Assembly: GCA_019456165.1 (NCBI GenBank)
Contig: VRUJ01000002.1
Location: 54,794 to 118,793 of the forward strand
Direction of reading: 5' to 3'
DNA from: Chloroflexota bacterium
GTDB lineage: Bacteria; Chloroflexota; Anaerolineae; Anaerolineales; UBA11579
Length of the DNA: 64,000 nt
Shown: piece after piece, positions 31,122-40,613 of the stretch
How positions within the stretch are numbered: the stretch's first letter is position 1
Layout of the letters: each line of letters opens with the position of its first letter
The notes under the pieces: generated by a model
Seen by the model: only the letters and a program-made list of their open reading frames with translations
What the model was told of the DNA's origin: nothing
Database searches by the model: none
Program-made: the position numbers and the translations under genes

Positions 31122-31136
31122 TATAATAGTCTAATG

Positions 31137-31173
31137 GAGCGCGCCAGTTTGATCGGCGCAGCGAAGAATCCCT
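31137..31173 (+). repeat. Right half of the IS110-interrupted REP-like unit
   Basis: GAGCGCGCC...GGCGCAGCGAAGAATCCCT completes TGTCATTCTGA at 29891. Confidence 0.85.
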
Positions 31174-31262
31174 AACATGTTCATCTGTAGTGCCTCTTTT
31201 CTGAAAATTACTTAGGTGGAATCTTAGGTTTAATATTTATTTGGAAAACGGGGGATACGATA

Positions 31263-32150
31263 TTAAGTAACTGCGAATTCTTCTTCTAGTCTCTTCATTT
31301 CATTGAAGGAGGCAATCGCCACTTCCAACATTTGCGTATCCGGTTCCCTGGTGGTCAACCTTTGCAGTGCCAAGTTGGGTTTTATGAGCAGCCGCACTAA
31401 AAACCAATTCATGTGGCTTGCCGTCCAACGAATGTATTCATATGCCAGACTGGCAATCACAGGTATCAGCAAAATACGCACCCCCAAGCGTGTCAACAGG
31501 GGGAGAGGACCGAAAAGGGTGAATAAAAGTATTGACATTATTACCACTGTCAGTAAAAAGGCTGTACCGCAGCGTGGGTGCTCCAGGGGAAACTCGGATA
31601 CGTTTTCGGGGGTTAACTCAACTCCAGCTTCAAAAGCATTGATGGTTTTATGCTCTGCGCCGTGATAACCAAATACGCGTCTGATATCTTCCATGAAGCC
31701 AACGCTCCAAATGTAACCAACCAGGAGCGATAAACGGATGAATCCCTCAATTAGGTTTCCAACCCAAGGGGTTAGACTGAAAAAGCTTTCAACGTAATGG
31801 CCAATTGTGGCTGGTCCTAAGAAAAACAATCCTATGGCGAAAATCAAAGATACACCCATCGTGATGTACAATACTGCGCCTTCAAGTTGTTCGTCTTCCT
31901 CGCCTTGCATATTGGCAGAAATCGTTAATGCGCGCATACCCAGTCCGAGTGCATCCCACAACAGCAATAAGCCGCGTAAAAAAGGAATTTTGGCAAGCCG
32001 GGTCTTGTAAATACCCCCCAGCCGTTCTGTATGCAGTACTATGTTTTTATCCGGGGCACGCATGGCGATAGCGACAGCTTTTGCTCCCCGCATCATTACG
32101 CCCTCAATGACGGCTTGGCCGCCGTAGGTAGGTAAAGTTTGGTCTGCCAT
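31263..32150 (-). CDS. DUF1385 membrane protein
   Basis: GGQAVIEGVMM, YHGAEHK, HPRCGT, LQRLTTREP. Confidence 0.92.
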   Translation of the reverse strand: MADQTLPTYGGQAVIEGVMMRGAKAVAIAMRAPDKNIVLHTERLGGIYKTRLAKIPFLRGLLLLWDALGLGMRALTISANMQGEEDEQLEGAVLYITMGVSLIFAIGLFFLGPATIGHYVESFFSLTPWVGNLIEGFIRLSLLVGYIWSVGFMEDIRRVFGYHGAEHKTINAFEAGVELTPENVSEFPLEHPRCGTAFLLTVVIMSILLFTLFGPLPLLTRLGVRILLIPVIASLAYEYIRWTASHMNWFLVRLLIKPNLALQRLTTREPDTQMLEVAIASFNEMKRLEEEFAVT

Positions 32151-32152
32151 GA

Positions 32153-33529
32153 TTACTCCGCTAAGTTGTAGATAAAGTGTATCAACGCATCGATACCTTT
32201 ATACCAGGTGTCGAGGTGCATACGCTCATTCGGGGAGTGGATATGATCGTCTGATAGTGAAAATCCGGTTAGTACAGATTCGACTCCCAAGATATGCTGC
32301 ATGTAAGCCACCACAGGTATAGTTCCCCCGCCCCGGTTGAATATTGCACGTTTCCCCCAAACGGTTTCCATTGCTTTAACCAGCGCCTGAATTGCAGGCG
32401 AGTTCACATCGCTGATTGCCGTGGGTGAGGCGCTCATATAGTCTACTTCCCAAGTCACACCAGGATTTGTATACGTTTCCATATATTTCACTAATTGGTT
32501 GTGGACGTCGTCCGGCTCCTGGTCAGCGACCAAGCGCATGCTGATCTTTGCGCTGGCTTTGGCGGGTAAGACTGTCTTCATGCCTTCACCGGTATAACCT
32601 GATATAAATCCGTTTACGTCCAGAGTTGGACGAGCGCCAGCTCGTTCAATATTCGTGAAGCCAGTTTCCCCCCAGGGACTGGGCGCGCCGGTCGCTTCTA
32701 TGAGCAGCTCATCCGATCCTGGCAGCCTGGCTAATTCTTTGCGTTCTTCATCACTTAGTGTGCGAACTTTATCGTAAAACCCTTCAAGTGTAACACGCCC
32801 GGCATTATCGTGCATACCGCTGATCAACCGGCTTAATTCATTGGCTGGATTGCGCACTGTGCCCCCAAACAGTCCAGAGTGAAGATCGTGGGAAGGTCCT
32901 TGAACGCTGACCTCGAAGTACGCCAATCCGCGCAGCGAATAAGTGATGGAGGGTGTGTCTGACCCCAGCATGCCTGAATCTGGGTTAAGTGCGAAATCGC
33001 TGGCTAGTAAATCTTTATGCTTTTCTATAAATGGTTCCAAGTTGGGAGAACTGTTTTCTTCTTCTCCCTCGATCAAGAATTTGAGATTTACAGGTAAATT
33101 ACCTTGCAGAAGGGCAGCTTCAATGGCAAACAAGCTAGCCAAGACTTGGCCTTTCATATCCGAGGAGCCGCGACCGAATAAGTAGCCATCACGTTCTTCA
33201 GCTTTAAATGGACCGCTTTCCCAAAGGTCTAGCGGGTCGGGTGGTTGGACGTCATAATGACCGTATACGATCATAGTATCCGCTTCAGGTCCCGCATCCT
33301 GGTATTCTCCATAAACGATTGGATGGCCAGGGGTGGACATTATCTCGACATTGCTAATACCTATGGCGCGCAATTTCTCAGCAACAAACTCTGCCGCTGC
33401 TTGCATTTCATTTTTGTAGGTAGGATCTGTGGAGATTGATGCAATGCTGATAAAATCTTTTAATTCGGATAGAAATCGAGAATGGTTTTTGTGAGCAAAT
33501 TCTTGGGCTGCTTTGCGTTGGTCGGACAT
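32153..33529 (-). CDS. M20 family dipeptidase
   Basis: YGHYDVQP, GRGSSDMKGQ, EGEEE, DLHSG, HSPNE. Confidence 0.92.
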   Translation of the reverse strand: MSDQRKAAQEFAHKNHSRFLSELKDFISIASISTDPTYKNEMQAAAEFVAEKLRAIGISNVEIMSTPGHPIVYGEYQDAGPEADTMIVYGHYDVQPPDPLDLWESGPFKAEERDGYLFGRGSSDMKGQVLASLFAIEAALLQGNLPVNLKFLIEGEEENSSPNLEPFIEKHKDLLASDFALNPDSGMLGSDTPSITYSLRGLAYFEVSVQGPSHDLHSGLFGGTVRNPANELSRLISGMHDNAGRVTLEGFYDKVRTLSDEERKELARLPGSDELLIEATGAPSPWGETGFTNIERAGARPTLDVNGFISGYTGEGMKTVLPAKASAKISMRLVADQEPDDVHNQLVKYMETYTNPGVTWEVDYMSASPTAISDVNSPAIQALVKAMETVWGKRAIFNRGGGTIPVVAYMQHILGVESVLTGFSLSDDHIHSPNERMHLDTWYKGIDALIHFIYNLAE

Positions 33530-33685
33530 TAAATCTCCTGGAATTGATTTTTTGACTACAGGATTCTACACCATTTTGATAGAATCAGTAATATCTTCAA
33601 TAAAAAGGAGTGAATGAGTTTGTGTTAAAATTACTTTGCAGTGGATGGGGTTATCTGTGTGAAAGTTATTTGAAATGGAGAGTTT

Positions 33686-34303
33686 ATGGTCCCGAAATGG
33701 TTAGAATGGGCGCGTGAGATCCAGGCGCTAGCCCAGACAAGCAATATGTTTGCGGAGAATGATTTCCAGAGGCAGCGATATGATCGCTTGGAAGTTATTG
33801 CAGCTGAGATAATTAGCGAGCATACACATCTTGAGCGACAATTATTGGTCGATTCTTTCCAAGCTCAGGTTGGTTATGCGACTCCGAAACTGGATGTGCG
33901 CAGTGCGATTTTCAGGGATAACAGGCTCTTGCTGGTGCGTGAACGCGTTGTAGATGGCTGGTGCATGCCAGGTGGTTGGGTAGATGTGGGCGATGTTCCC
34001 TCCCAGGCGGCGGTGAGAGAGACCAAGGAAGAATCGGGTTTTGATGTGCAAGTAACCAGGTTGAATGGAGTATACGATACCAATCGATTTGAACCGTTGG
34101 AGGTTTTTCACTCATACAAACTAGTTTTTCTAGCAGAGATAATAGGCGGAGAGGCAACTACCAGCAATGAAACATCCGAGGTGGCATTTTTTGGGCGCAA
34201 GGAGATTCCAGAAAATTTTGCTGGTTCGCGCACCACCACTCGCCAAATAAATGACGCTTACACTGCCTTGGCTGACCCTACCCTACCCACGATTTTTGAC
34301 TGA
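33686..34303 (+). CDS. NUDIX hydrolase with Nudix_N domain
   Basis: WLEWAREIQALAQ, GYATPK, PGGWVDVG...AVRETKEESG Nudix box. Confidence 0.92.
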   Translation: MVPKWLEWAREIQALAQTSNMFAENDFQRQRYDRLEVIAAEIISEHTHLERQLLVDSFQAQVGYATPKLDVRSAIFRDNRLLLVRERVVDGWCMPGGWVDVGDVPSQAAVRETKEESGFDVQVTRLNGVYDTNRFEPLEVFHSYKLVFLAEIIGGEATTSNETSEVAFFGRKEIPENFAGSRTTTRQINDAYTALADPTLPTIFD

Positions 34304-34318
34304 TTTGGGAGCTTGTAG

Positions 34319-35671
34319 ATGTTAATAACTCATGCTAATTTGATCACCTGGGAAGATGAAAATCAAATTCTTTCCGATTACGCAATTTACATAAAGGATG
34401 GATTGATCGCTGAACTAGGCCCGACTAGCGAATTGGCTGCAAAACACCCAGATGCAGAAAAGTTGGATGCTAACGGTCAATACATCATGCCGGGCAACAT
34501 CTGTGCGCACACACATTTCTACGGGGCATACGCCCGTGGCATGGGAATTCCCGGCCCAGCCCCCAAGGATTTCCCCGAAATCTTGGAGAAACTGTGGTGG
34601 CCTTTAGATAAAGCTCTGGATGAGGACAGCGTGCGATTATCCGCTCTAATCCATCTGGTTGATGCTATCAAAAATGGCACAACCACGCTCATCGATCACC
34701 ATGCCTCCCCTAATTTCATTCAAAGCTCGTTAGATGTGATTGCGGAGGCAGTCGATCAATCCGGTTTGCGAGCAGTCCTGTGCTATGAGGTGACTGACCG
34801 CGATGGAGAGAAGAAAACTAAACAGGGTATCCAAGAAAATGTGCGTTTTATCGAAAGAATCCGTAAGGAGAAAGTCGCGGGCGGTCGTGTAGCAGCCACT
34901 TTTGGATTGCACGCCGGCCTGACACTTTCCGATGCTACGTTGGAAGTTTGCCGTGACGCAGTCCCCGAGGGCGTTGGTTTCCACATCCACGTCGCGGAGC
35001 ACGAAGCGGATGAATACGACAGCTTGGAAAAATCAGGTTTAAGAGTTGTGGACCGCCTGCATAAATTTGGGATTCTAGGTCCGGATACAATTGTCGCTCA
35101 TGGAGTGCACATCGACGCGGCTGAAATTGCTATCCTTGTGGATACAGAAACCTGGCTCTCCCACCAGCCACGCTCAAATATGAATAATGGCGTTGGAGTA
35201 GCTGCTATCGAATCGATGATGAGGGCGGGTGTTAAGGTCTGTTTGGGGAACGATGGCTTTACCCAAGATATGTGGACTGAGTGGAAAACAGCGTATTTGC
35301 TGCATAAAGTCTGGCAGCGTGACCCACGGCGCATGAACGGCATGGATGTGGTGGAAATGGCTGTGAAAAATAACGCAGCTTTAGCAGGTAATTTCTTCAA
35401 GGAGGCGTCCATTGGTGTATTGAAGGAGGGAGCAGCGGCTGACCTGATCTTCGTGGATTATCACCCGCCCACACCGCTCACATCAGGGAACCTCCCCTGG
35501 CACATCTTATTTGGATTCAATGAACGCATGGTTACCGGGACAATGGTGGCTGGGAAAATGTTAATGAAAGATAGCGAAATGCTTACCCTGGACGAAGCGG
35601 AAATTGCTTCACGAGCGCGTGAGTTAGCCCCACAGGTTTGGGAGCGGTATGAACGATTTGCTAATCAATAA
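34319..35671 (+). CDS. ssnA: Amidohydrolase SsnA
   Basis: CAHTHFY, LWWPLD, GTTTLIDHHASP, HIHVAE, PRSNMNNGVG, LGNDG. Confidence 0.85.
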   Translation: MLITHANLITWEDENQILSDYAIYIKDGLIAELGPTSELAAKHPDAEKLDANGQYIMPGNICAHTHFYGAYARGMGIPGPAPKDFPEILEKLWWPLDKALDEDSVRLSALIHLVDAIKNGTTTLIDHHASPNFIQSSLDVIAEAVDQSGLRAVLCYEVTDRDGEKKTKQGIQENVRFIERIRKEKVAGGRVAATFGLHAGLTLSDATLEVCRDAVPEGVGFHIHVAEHEADEYDSLEKSGLRVVDRLHKFGILGPDTIVAHGVHIDAAEIAILVDTETWLSHQPRSNMNNGVGVAAIESMMRAGVKVCLGNDGFTQDMWTEWKTAYLLHKVWQRDPRRMNGMDVVEMAVKNNAALAGNFFKEASIGVLKEGAAADLIFVDYHPPTPLTSGNLPWHILFGFNERMVTGTMVAGKMLMKDSEMLTLDEAEIASRARELAPQVWERYERFANQ

Positions 35672-35722
35672 TATATAAGTACTGTAAAGCGTGAACTTCA
35701 GGATTTAATTAAAAGGAGTAAA

Positions 35723-36379
35723 ATGAGTGAATTAGCTACTATTGCCATTTTAGGAGGAACCGGCAACGAAGGCCCGGGATTAGCTATGCGTTGGGCCGCT
35801 GCAGGGTATGAAGTGATTATCGGTTCAAGGAAGGCGGAGAAAGCTGCGTTGATTGCCGCTGACCTTAATCAGAAATTGGATATCGGCACGATTGTGGGTA
35901 TGCAAAATTCGGAGGCGGCGCGCAGTGCAGAAATCTGTGTATTAACCGTCAAAGCAACCGCCCACCAAGCAGCAATTGAGAGTTTGCGAGAGGAATTGCA
36001 GGGCAAGATCTTCGTAGATGCTACTGCCCGTGTGGAATTTAAGAACATTGCCCCGCCAGAGCCACCTTCGGCTGGCAGAATCGCACAAGATATTTTGGGT
36101 TCAGGCGTTAGGGTGGTGGCGGCTTTTCAAAACGTACCTTCAAGTCTTTTGAAGAAAAACCTGGATCAACCGGTGAAAACAGATGTCTTGGTCTGTGCCG
36201 ATGACGTTGATGCGGCTGAGGTAGTGATTGAGCTGGCTGAAATAGGGGGCATGAGAGCATTCTATGCCGGAGATTTGGATAACGGTATTGTTGTCGAAGG
36301 GTTGACAGCTTTATTAATCAGCATGAACAAGCATTACGGGGGACATGGGACTATTCAAGTCGTGGGTTTGGAGAAATAG
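35723..36379 (+). CDS. npdG: F420-dependent NADP oxidoreductase (Fno)
   Basis: ILGGTGNEGPGLA, IGSR, AAFQNV, VEGLTALL; cof gene context. Confidence 0.9.
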   Translation: MSELATIAILGGTGNEGPGLAMRWAAAGYEVIIGSRKAEKAALIAADLNQKLDIGTIVGMQNSEAARSAEICVLTVKATAHQAAIESLREELQGKIFVDATARVEFKNIAPPEPPSAGRIAQDILGSGVRVVAAFQNVPSSLLKKNLDQPVKTDVLVCADDVDAAEVVIELAEIGGMRAFYAGDLDNGIVVEGLTALLISMNKHYGGHGTIQVVGLEK

Positions 36380-37146
36380 TGACCCTGACGCTGACGCCAC
36401 TAGCTGGCATCCCACTGATAAAGAAGGGCGACGACCTAACGCAATTCATATTGCAATCGTTGGAAAGTATGCAAATCGAATTGATCGAAGGGGATGTGCT
36501 CATCTTAGCGCAGAAAATCGTCTCCAAAGCCGAAGGCCGCATGGTCAATCTGACAGAGGTCTCACCTTCAAATCAAGCATTGAAGCTTGCTGAGAAAACC
36601 GAAAAAGATGCTCGTGTTGTGGAATTAATTTTACAGGAAAGCCAGATGGTTTTGCGCACACGTCCTGGTTTAATAGTCGTAGAACATAATCTAGGTTTTG
36701 TGTGCGCCAACGCGGGAATAGACCATTCGAATGTTGGCAGCCCAGGTGAAGATCCTAAAGAATGGGCATTGCTGCTGCCTGAGGATCCGGATGTTTCCGC
36801 CCAGGTGTTGAGAGCGGGGCTTGAGTCTGACTCGGGTGTGCGCTTGGGCGTTTTAATCATTGATTCTCACGGGCGAAGCTGGCGTATGGGGACAGTGGGC
36901 ATCACGATAGGAATATCTGGTCTTCCAGGATTAGTTGACCTGCGCGGTAAAGTAGATCTGTTTGGGTACACTCTACAAGTCTCTGAAGTTGGAGCGGCGG
37001 ATGAATTGGCTGCAGCCGCTTCTTTGTTAATGGGACAGGCTGCCGAGGGCAGCCCGGTGGTGCACGCGCGCGGCTTTCCATACCCATTGCGGGAAGCCAA
37101 ATTAAGTGAGTTAATCAGACCAGAGGACCAGGATCTATTCCGATGA
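36379..37146 (+). CDS. cofE: Coenzyme F420-0:L-glutamate ligase (stand-alone)
   Basis: QKIVSKAEG, CANAGIDHSN, LPEDPD, DSHGR, ADELAAAA. Confidence 0.95.
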   Translation: MTLTLTPLAGIPLIKKGDDLTQFILQSLESMQIELIEGDVLILAQKIVSKAEGRMVNLTEVSPSNQALKLAEKTEKDARVVELILQESQMVLRTRPGLIVVEHNLGFVCANAGIDHSNVGSPGEDPKEWALLLPEDPDVSAQVLRAGLESDSGVRLGVLIIDSHGRSWRMGTVGITIGISGLPGLVDLRGKVDLFGYTLQVSEVGAADELAAAASLLMGQAAEGSPVVHARGFPYPLREAKLSELIRPEDQDLFR

Positions 37147-37688
37147 CGATGCATGCTGTGGTTTCAGTTTTGGACGAAAAACACTCAGAAATGGTGCAGG
37201 CACTGTGGGATGATTTGGAGTTGAGCTGCGCTTTGAATGCGGTGAATCAAGTACCAATTCCTCATTTTTCCTGGCATATCGCAGAGGATTACAACTTTCA
37301 GGAATTAGAAAATCATTTGGAAGAGATCGTGGGTCAAATTAACCCCTTCCACGTGAAAACTACTGGATTGGGTGTATTTACAGGCGAAGCCCCAGTTGTT
37401 TACATAGCTGTAATAAAGGACCCCAACTTGGTTAATCTGCACGAAAAGATCTGGGGGCAAACAAACGAATTTGGATCTGGTCTCAGCGAGCACTATGTGC
37501 CAGAAAGCTGGATGCCCCACATTACACTTGCCAATCGGGATGTTTCAGTGGGAGATTTAGATTGCGTGATGAATGTGTTGGGGGGAAGGGTTTATAATTG
37601 GGATATCTTGATAGATAATTTAACGATTGTCTTCCACGAGGAAGGAAAAGTTGGTGAAATTAGGAAAAAGTTTAACCTATCCGCTTAA
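37143..37688 (+). CDS. 2H phosphoesterase (2'-5' RNA ligase superfamily)
   Basis: Two HxS/T motifs: PHFSW and PHITL. Confidence 0.85.
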   Translation: MTMHAVVSVLDEKHSEMVQALWDDLELSCALNAVNQVPIPHFSWHIAEDYNFQELENHLEEIVGQINPFHVKTTGLGVFTGEAPVVYIAVIKDPNLVNLHEKIWGQTNEFGSGLSEHYVPESWMPHITLANRDVSVGDLDCVMNVLGGRVYNWDILIDNLTIVFHEEGKVGEIRKKFNLSA

Positions 37689-37719
37689 AAATTTGTAAAT
37701 CTACAATAGGAGAACATCA

Positions 37720-38115
37720 ATGCAAGGCATTCCAGAAAAACACCAAAATTTATTAAAAGATGAAACTAAAGCTTTCGCGTTCTTAGCGACAATAATGCCG
37801 GATGGTTCACCACAGGTAACCCCGGTGTGGTTCAACACAGATAATGAACATATCCTCATAAACTCCGCCCAGGGGCGCACCAAAGACCGTAATATGAAAG
37901 CTAGGCCCAAAGTTGCCGTCACCATAATGGATTTATCAACTCCTTACCGCTATCTTCAAGTGCGCGGCAGGGTGGTTGAAATCACGACTGAGGGAGGAGA
38001 TGACCACATTCATGCCCTTTCACGCAAATATATGGGCACGAATTACAGCATTGAGCCGGGAGATATACGCACAACCTATAAAATCTTGCTGGAAAGTGTA
38101 TCTTCGATGGACTAA
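37720..38115 (+). CDS. PPOX-class (split beta-barrel) F420-dependent oxidoreductase
   Basis: LATIMPDGSPQVTPVW, GRTKDRN, PYRYLQVRG, LSRKY. Confidence 0.88.
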   Translation: MQGIPEKHQNLLKDETKAFAFLATIMPDGSPQVTPVWFNTDNEHILINSAQGRTKDRNMKARPKVAVTIMDLSTPYRYLQVRGRVVEITTEGGDDHIHALSRKYMGTNYSIEPGDIRTTYKILLESVSSMD

Positions 38116-38207
38116 TGCTAGACCAAATAAGTAACACCTAGCGCGTTTTTTTAAAGGAGGTGTTCTTCAAACCTTTAATTATTCAGTCATCCTTTGAGGA
38201 GGAAAAA

Positions 38208-38597
38208 ATGGAAGAGAAAAATGAGTGGCAAGAGCGAACAAGAAATCTTGTAGCATCTGGCGGGATGTTAAGGTTGATGGGTTGGCATGGGTTGATATCA
38301 ATAACAACATTATTATTTGGGGGGTTTGCTATTTACTTCATTGTTTGTGCCTTTATGTCTGGTATCATTCGATTTGCCCCTTATTGGAAACCAGCATACA
38401 TTGTTTTCAATAAAATGACAGGGTTGCCTGAGAATTCTGCTGAGTTTATTCCGCCTCCAGTTCGATGGTGGTTTATCTTGACTCTTGGGCTTCTTTTTGG
38501 AATTACGCTTACGTATCTTGGCGCTGGTGTTTGGATGCTTCTTAAATTTGGGTTCTTAGGACAAAATCTTATCTATATGTTGTGGCCTAATAAATGA
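38208..38597 (+). CDS. Hypothetical membrane protein
   Basis: GAGGAGG RBS before ATG 38208; two hydrophobic segments; AT-rich. Confidence 0.6.
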   Translation: MEEKNEWQERTRNLVASGGMLRLMGWHGLISITTLLFGGFAIYFIVCAFMSGIIRFAPYWKPAYIVFNKMTGLPENSAEFIPPPVRWWFILTLGLLFGITLTYLGAGVWMLLKFGFLGQNLIYMLWPNK

Positions 38598-38651
38598 TAG
38601 ATATCGGAAATAAAGATTACCAATATTTAGATTAATCGATTACCATTTACC

Positions 38652-38739
38652 AATCGACTAATCGCCTAATCGACTAATCGCCTAATCGCCTAAATGACTA
38701 ATCGCCTAAATGACTAATCGACTAATCAACTAAATGACT
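38652..38739. repeat. 8-bp tandem repeat, 11 units (AATCGACT / AATCGCCT / AAATGACT variants)
   Basis: Period-8 array ending 5 nt before the cofD ATG; degenerate units extend back to about 38634. Confidence 0.93.
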
Positions 38740-38744
38740 AACCC

Positions 38745-39671
38745 ATGAAAATTACTGCACTTGCTGGAGGGGTCGGGGGGGCTAAGATGGTGGATGGCCT
38801 CGCCCAAATACTTCCTGCCAAAGATTTGACTGTTATCGTCAATACCGGGGACGATTTCGAACACCTGGGTCATAAAATCTGCCCAGACCTGGATACAGTC
38901 TGCTACACTCTGGCTGGTCTCGCCAATCCAGAAACTGGGTGGGGAAGGAAATTTGAGAGCTGGGGTGCAATGGAGAGTATTAGCGCATTGGGCGGCCCAG
39001 ATTGGTTCCGGCTGGGAGATCGCGATTTGGGGACCCATCTTGAGCGCACCCGCCGTTTGCGAATGGGACAAACACTAAGCCAGATCACCACGGATTTCTG
39101 CTCTGCCTGGGAAATCGGGCCGGGGATATTACCAATGTGTGATGAAGCAACTCCCACAATGGTGCTTACTGAGCAGGGTGAATTAGCTTTCCAGGATTAC
39201 TTCGTCGCCCGTCATTGTGAACCCCAAGTCTTGAGCTTTCGCTTCGCGAATATCGAAAATTCCAGACCTGCGCCCGGGGTTATCGAGGCGATCAAAGCCG
39301 CTGATCATGTGATCATCTGCCCATCAAACCCGTGGGTGAGCATTGATCCGATCTTATCCGTGCCAGGCATAAAGGACGAGGTAGGTAAGAAGCACGTAGT
39401 AGCAGTCTCCCCAATCATTGGGGGGAAGGCTGTAAAAGGACCGGCGGCTAAAATGTTTGCAGAACTCGGCATCACACCTTCAGCTCAAGCAGTAGCGCAG
39501 CATTATGGATCGCTGTTAGATGGGTTTATCCTTGATAATGTGGATGAAGAACAAGTGGAGTTGATGGAATCTATGGAAACCACAACTTTCGTGACAAACA
39601 CACTCATGAAGACATCTGAAGATCAGGCTCAATTGGCACAAGAGATTGTGGATTGGATCAACTCCCGCTAA
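38745..39671 (+). CDS. cofD: 2-phospho-L-lactate/PEP transferase
   Basis: AGGVGGAK, NTGDD, CPDLDT, WFRLGDRD, PSNPWVSI, KGPAAK. Confidence 0.96.
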   Translation: MKITALAGGVGGAKMVDGLAQILPAKDLTVIVNTGDDFEHLGHKICPDLDTVCYTLAGLANPETGWGRKFESWGAMESISALGGPDWFRLGDRDLGTHLERTRRLRMGQTLSQITTDFCSAWEIGPGILPMCDEATPTMVLTEQGELAFQDYFVARHCEPQVLSFRFANIENSRPAPGVIEAIKAADHVIICPSNPWVSIDPILSVPGIKDEVGKKHVVAVSPIIGGKAVKGPAAKMFAELGITPSAQAVAQHYGSLLDGFILDNVDEEQVELMESMETTTFVTNTLMKTSEDQAQLAQEIVDWINSR

Positions 39672-39775
39672 TCATTTATGATTATGAATATTGCATACAG
39701 AGAATGTTGTGATTGCAAAGATAACGATAATTGGCAATTATCTCCGACCAATAGTATGCTTCTTAGGCCAGGAGG

Positions 39776-39795
39776 CAATGGGTTTAAGCCCATTG
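39776..39795. repeat. Isolated REP-like palindrome
   Basis: CAATGGG-TTTAAG-CCCATTG in the cofD-cofC intergenic region; single copy in the window. Confidence 0.4.
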
Positions 39796-39952
39796 TCTTG
39801 ATTGAATCTAATTTGAAATGAACCTACGGTATCTTCTTTATAATCACTTCTCCCCACAAAAAAATTAGTCCCTCTCAACATAGCACGAAATGTTACAATA
39901 TGACCAACCTAAGATAAAATAACGAACCTAAGATGGAAAGGGTACAATTTAT

Positions 39953-40576
39953 ATGACATTATGGGCCATAGTCCCTGTAAAACCGCTACGTCGCGGCAAG
40001 TCTCGCCTCGCTGGTGTACTTTCTGAAGAAGAACGCACAAAATTAAATAGGAGTTTACTAACCCATACAATCGATACATTATCTGGAATTCAAGAAATTG
40101 AGAATGTATTGGTAGTCAGCCGTGATCCAGCGGCCCTGTCCTTAGCGCGAGATCATGGAGCGAGGACAATTCTCGAAGTGGGAGCTCCGCATTTGAATGT
40201 CGCTTTAGCGCGCGCTACTACAATGGCACGCACATACTCTGCCCGTATGGTGTTGGTCTTGCCTGCTGATCTACCGCTGATTACCGAAGAGGATATCTGT
40301 GCCGTGCTGGCGGAGGCAGAAGACCCACCAGTAGTTGTTATTGCTCCCGACCATCGCCGTCAGGGGACAAACGCTTTGTTGGTCAACCCGGCTGGATTGA
40401 TCGCTTACAATTTTGGAACAGATTCTTTCAATACACATATTGCTCTAACTGAGCAGGCTGGGGCGACAGTAAAAGTTTGCGAATTAACATCTCTGGCACA
40501 CGATATTGATAACCCAGAGGATTTGGTACATTTGGGAACTAAGTTTGAAATAATGCAAACTGACCTAAATAAATAA
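39953..40576 (+). CDS. cofC: 2-phospho-L-lactate/PEP guanylyltransferase
   Basis: AIVPVK...KSRL, PADLP, GTNAL, FGTDSF, DIDNPED. Confidence 0.95.
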   Translation: MTLWAIVPVKPLRRGKSRLAGVLSEEERTKLNRSLLTHTIDTLSGIQEIENVLVVSRDPAALSLARDHGARTILEVGAPHLNVALARATTMARTYSARMVLVLPADLPLITEEDICAVLAEAEDPPVVVIAPDHRRQGTNALLVNPAGLIAYNFGTDSFNTHIALTEQAGATVKVCELTSLAHDIDNPEDLVHLGTKFEIMQTDLNK

Positions 40577-40613
40577 CATCCATTCAATTACCTTGCCTTT
40601 AGGAGGTATGAAA

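Larger units (their letters stand above)
29902..31136 (-). mobile_element. IS110-family insertion sequence (bridge recombinase type)
   Basis: GA core at both ends (29900-01, 31137-38); removing the element restores a REP-like unit; no long TIR or TSD; about 190-nt non-coding left end. Confidence 0.92.

Noticed and set aside
32153-33529. YgeY ortholog completing the purine pathway
   Set aside because: Motifs (YGHYDVQP, DLHSG) fit the general dipeptidase branch of M20, and it is co-directional and adjacent to DUF1385
38652-38739. Possible CRISPR array
   Set aside because: Contiguous 8-bp units without spacers; no cas genes
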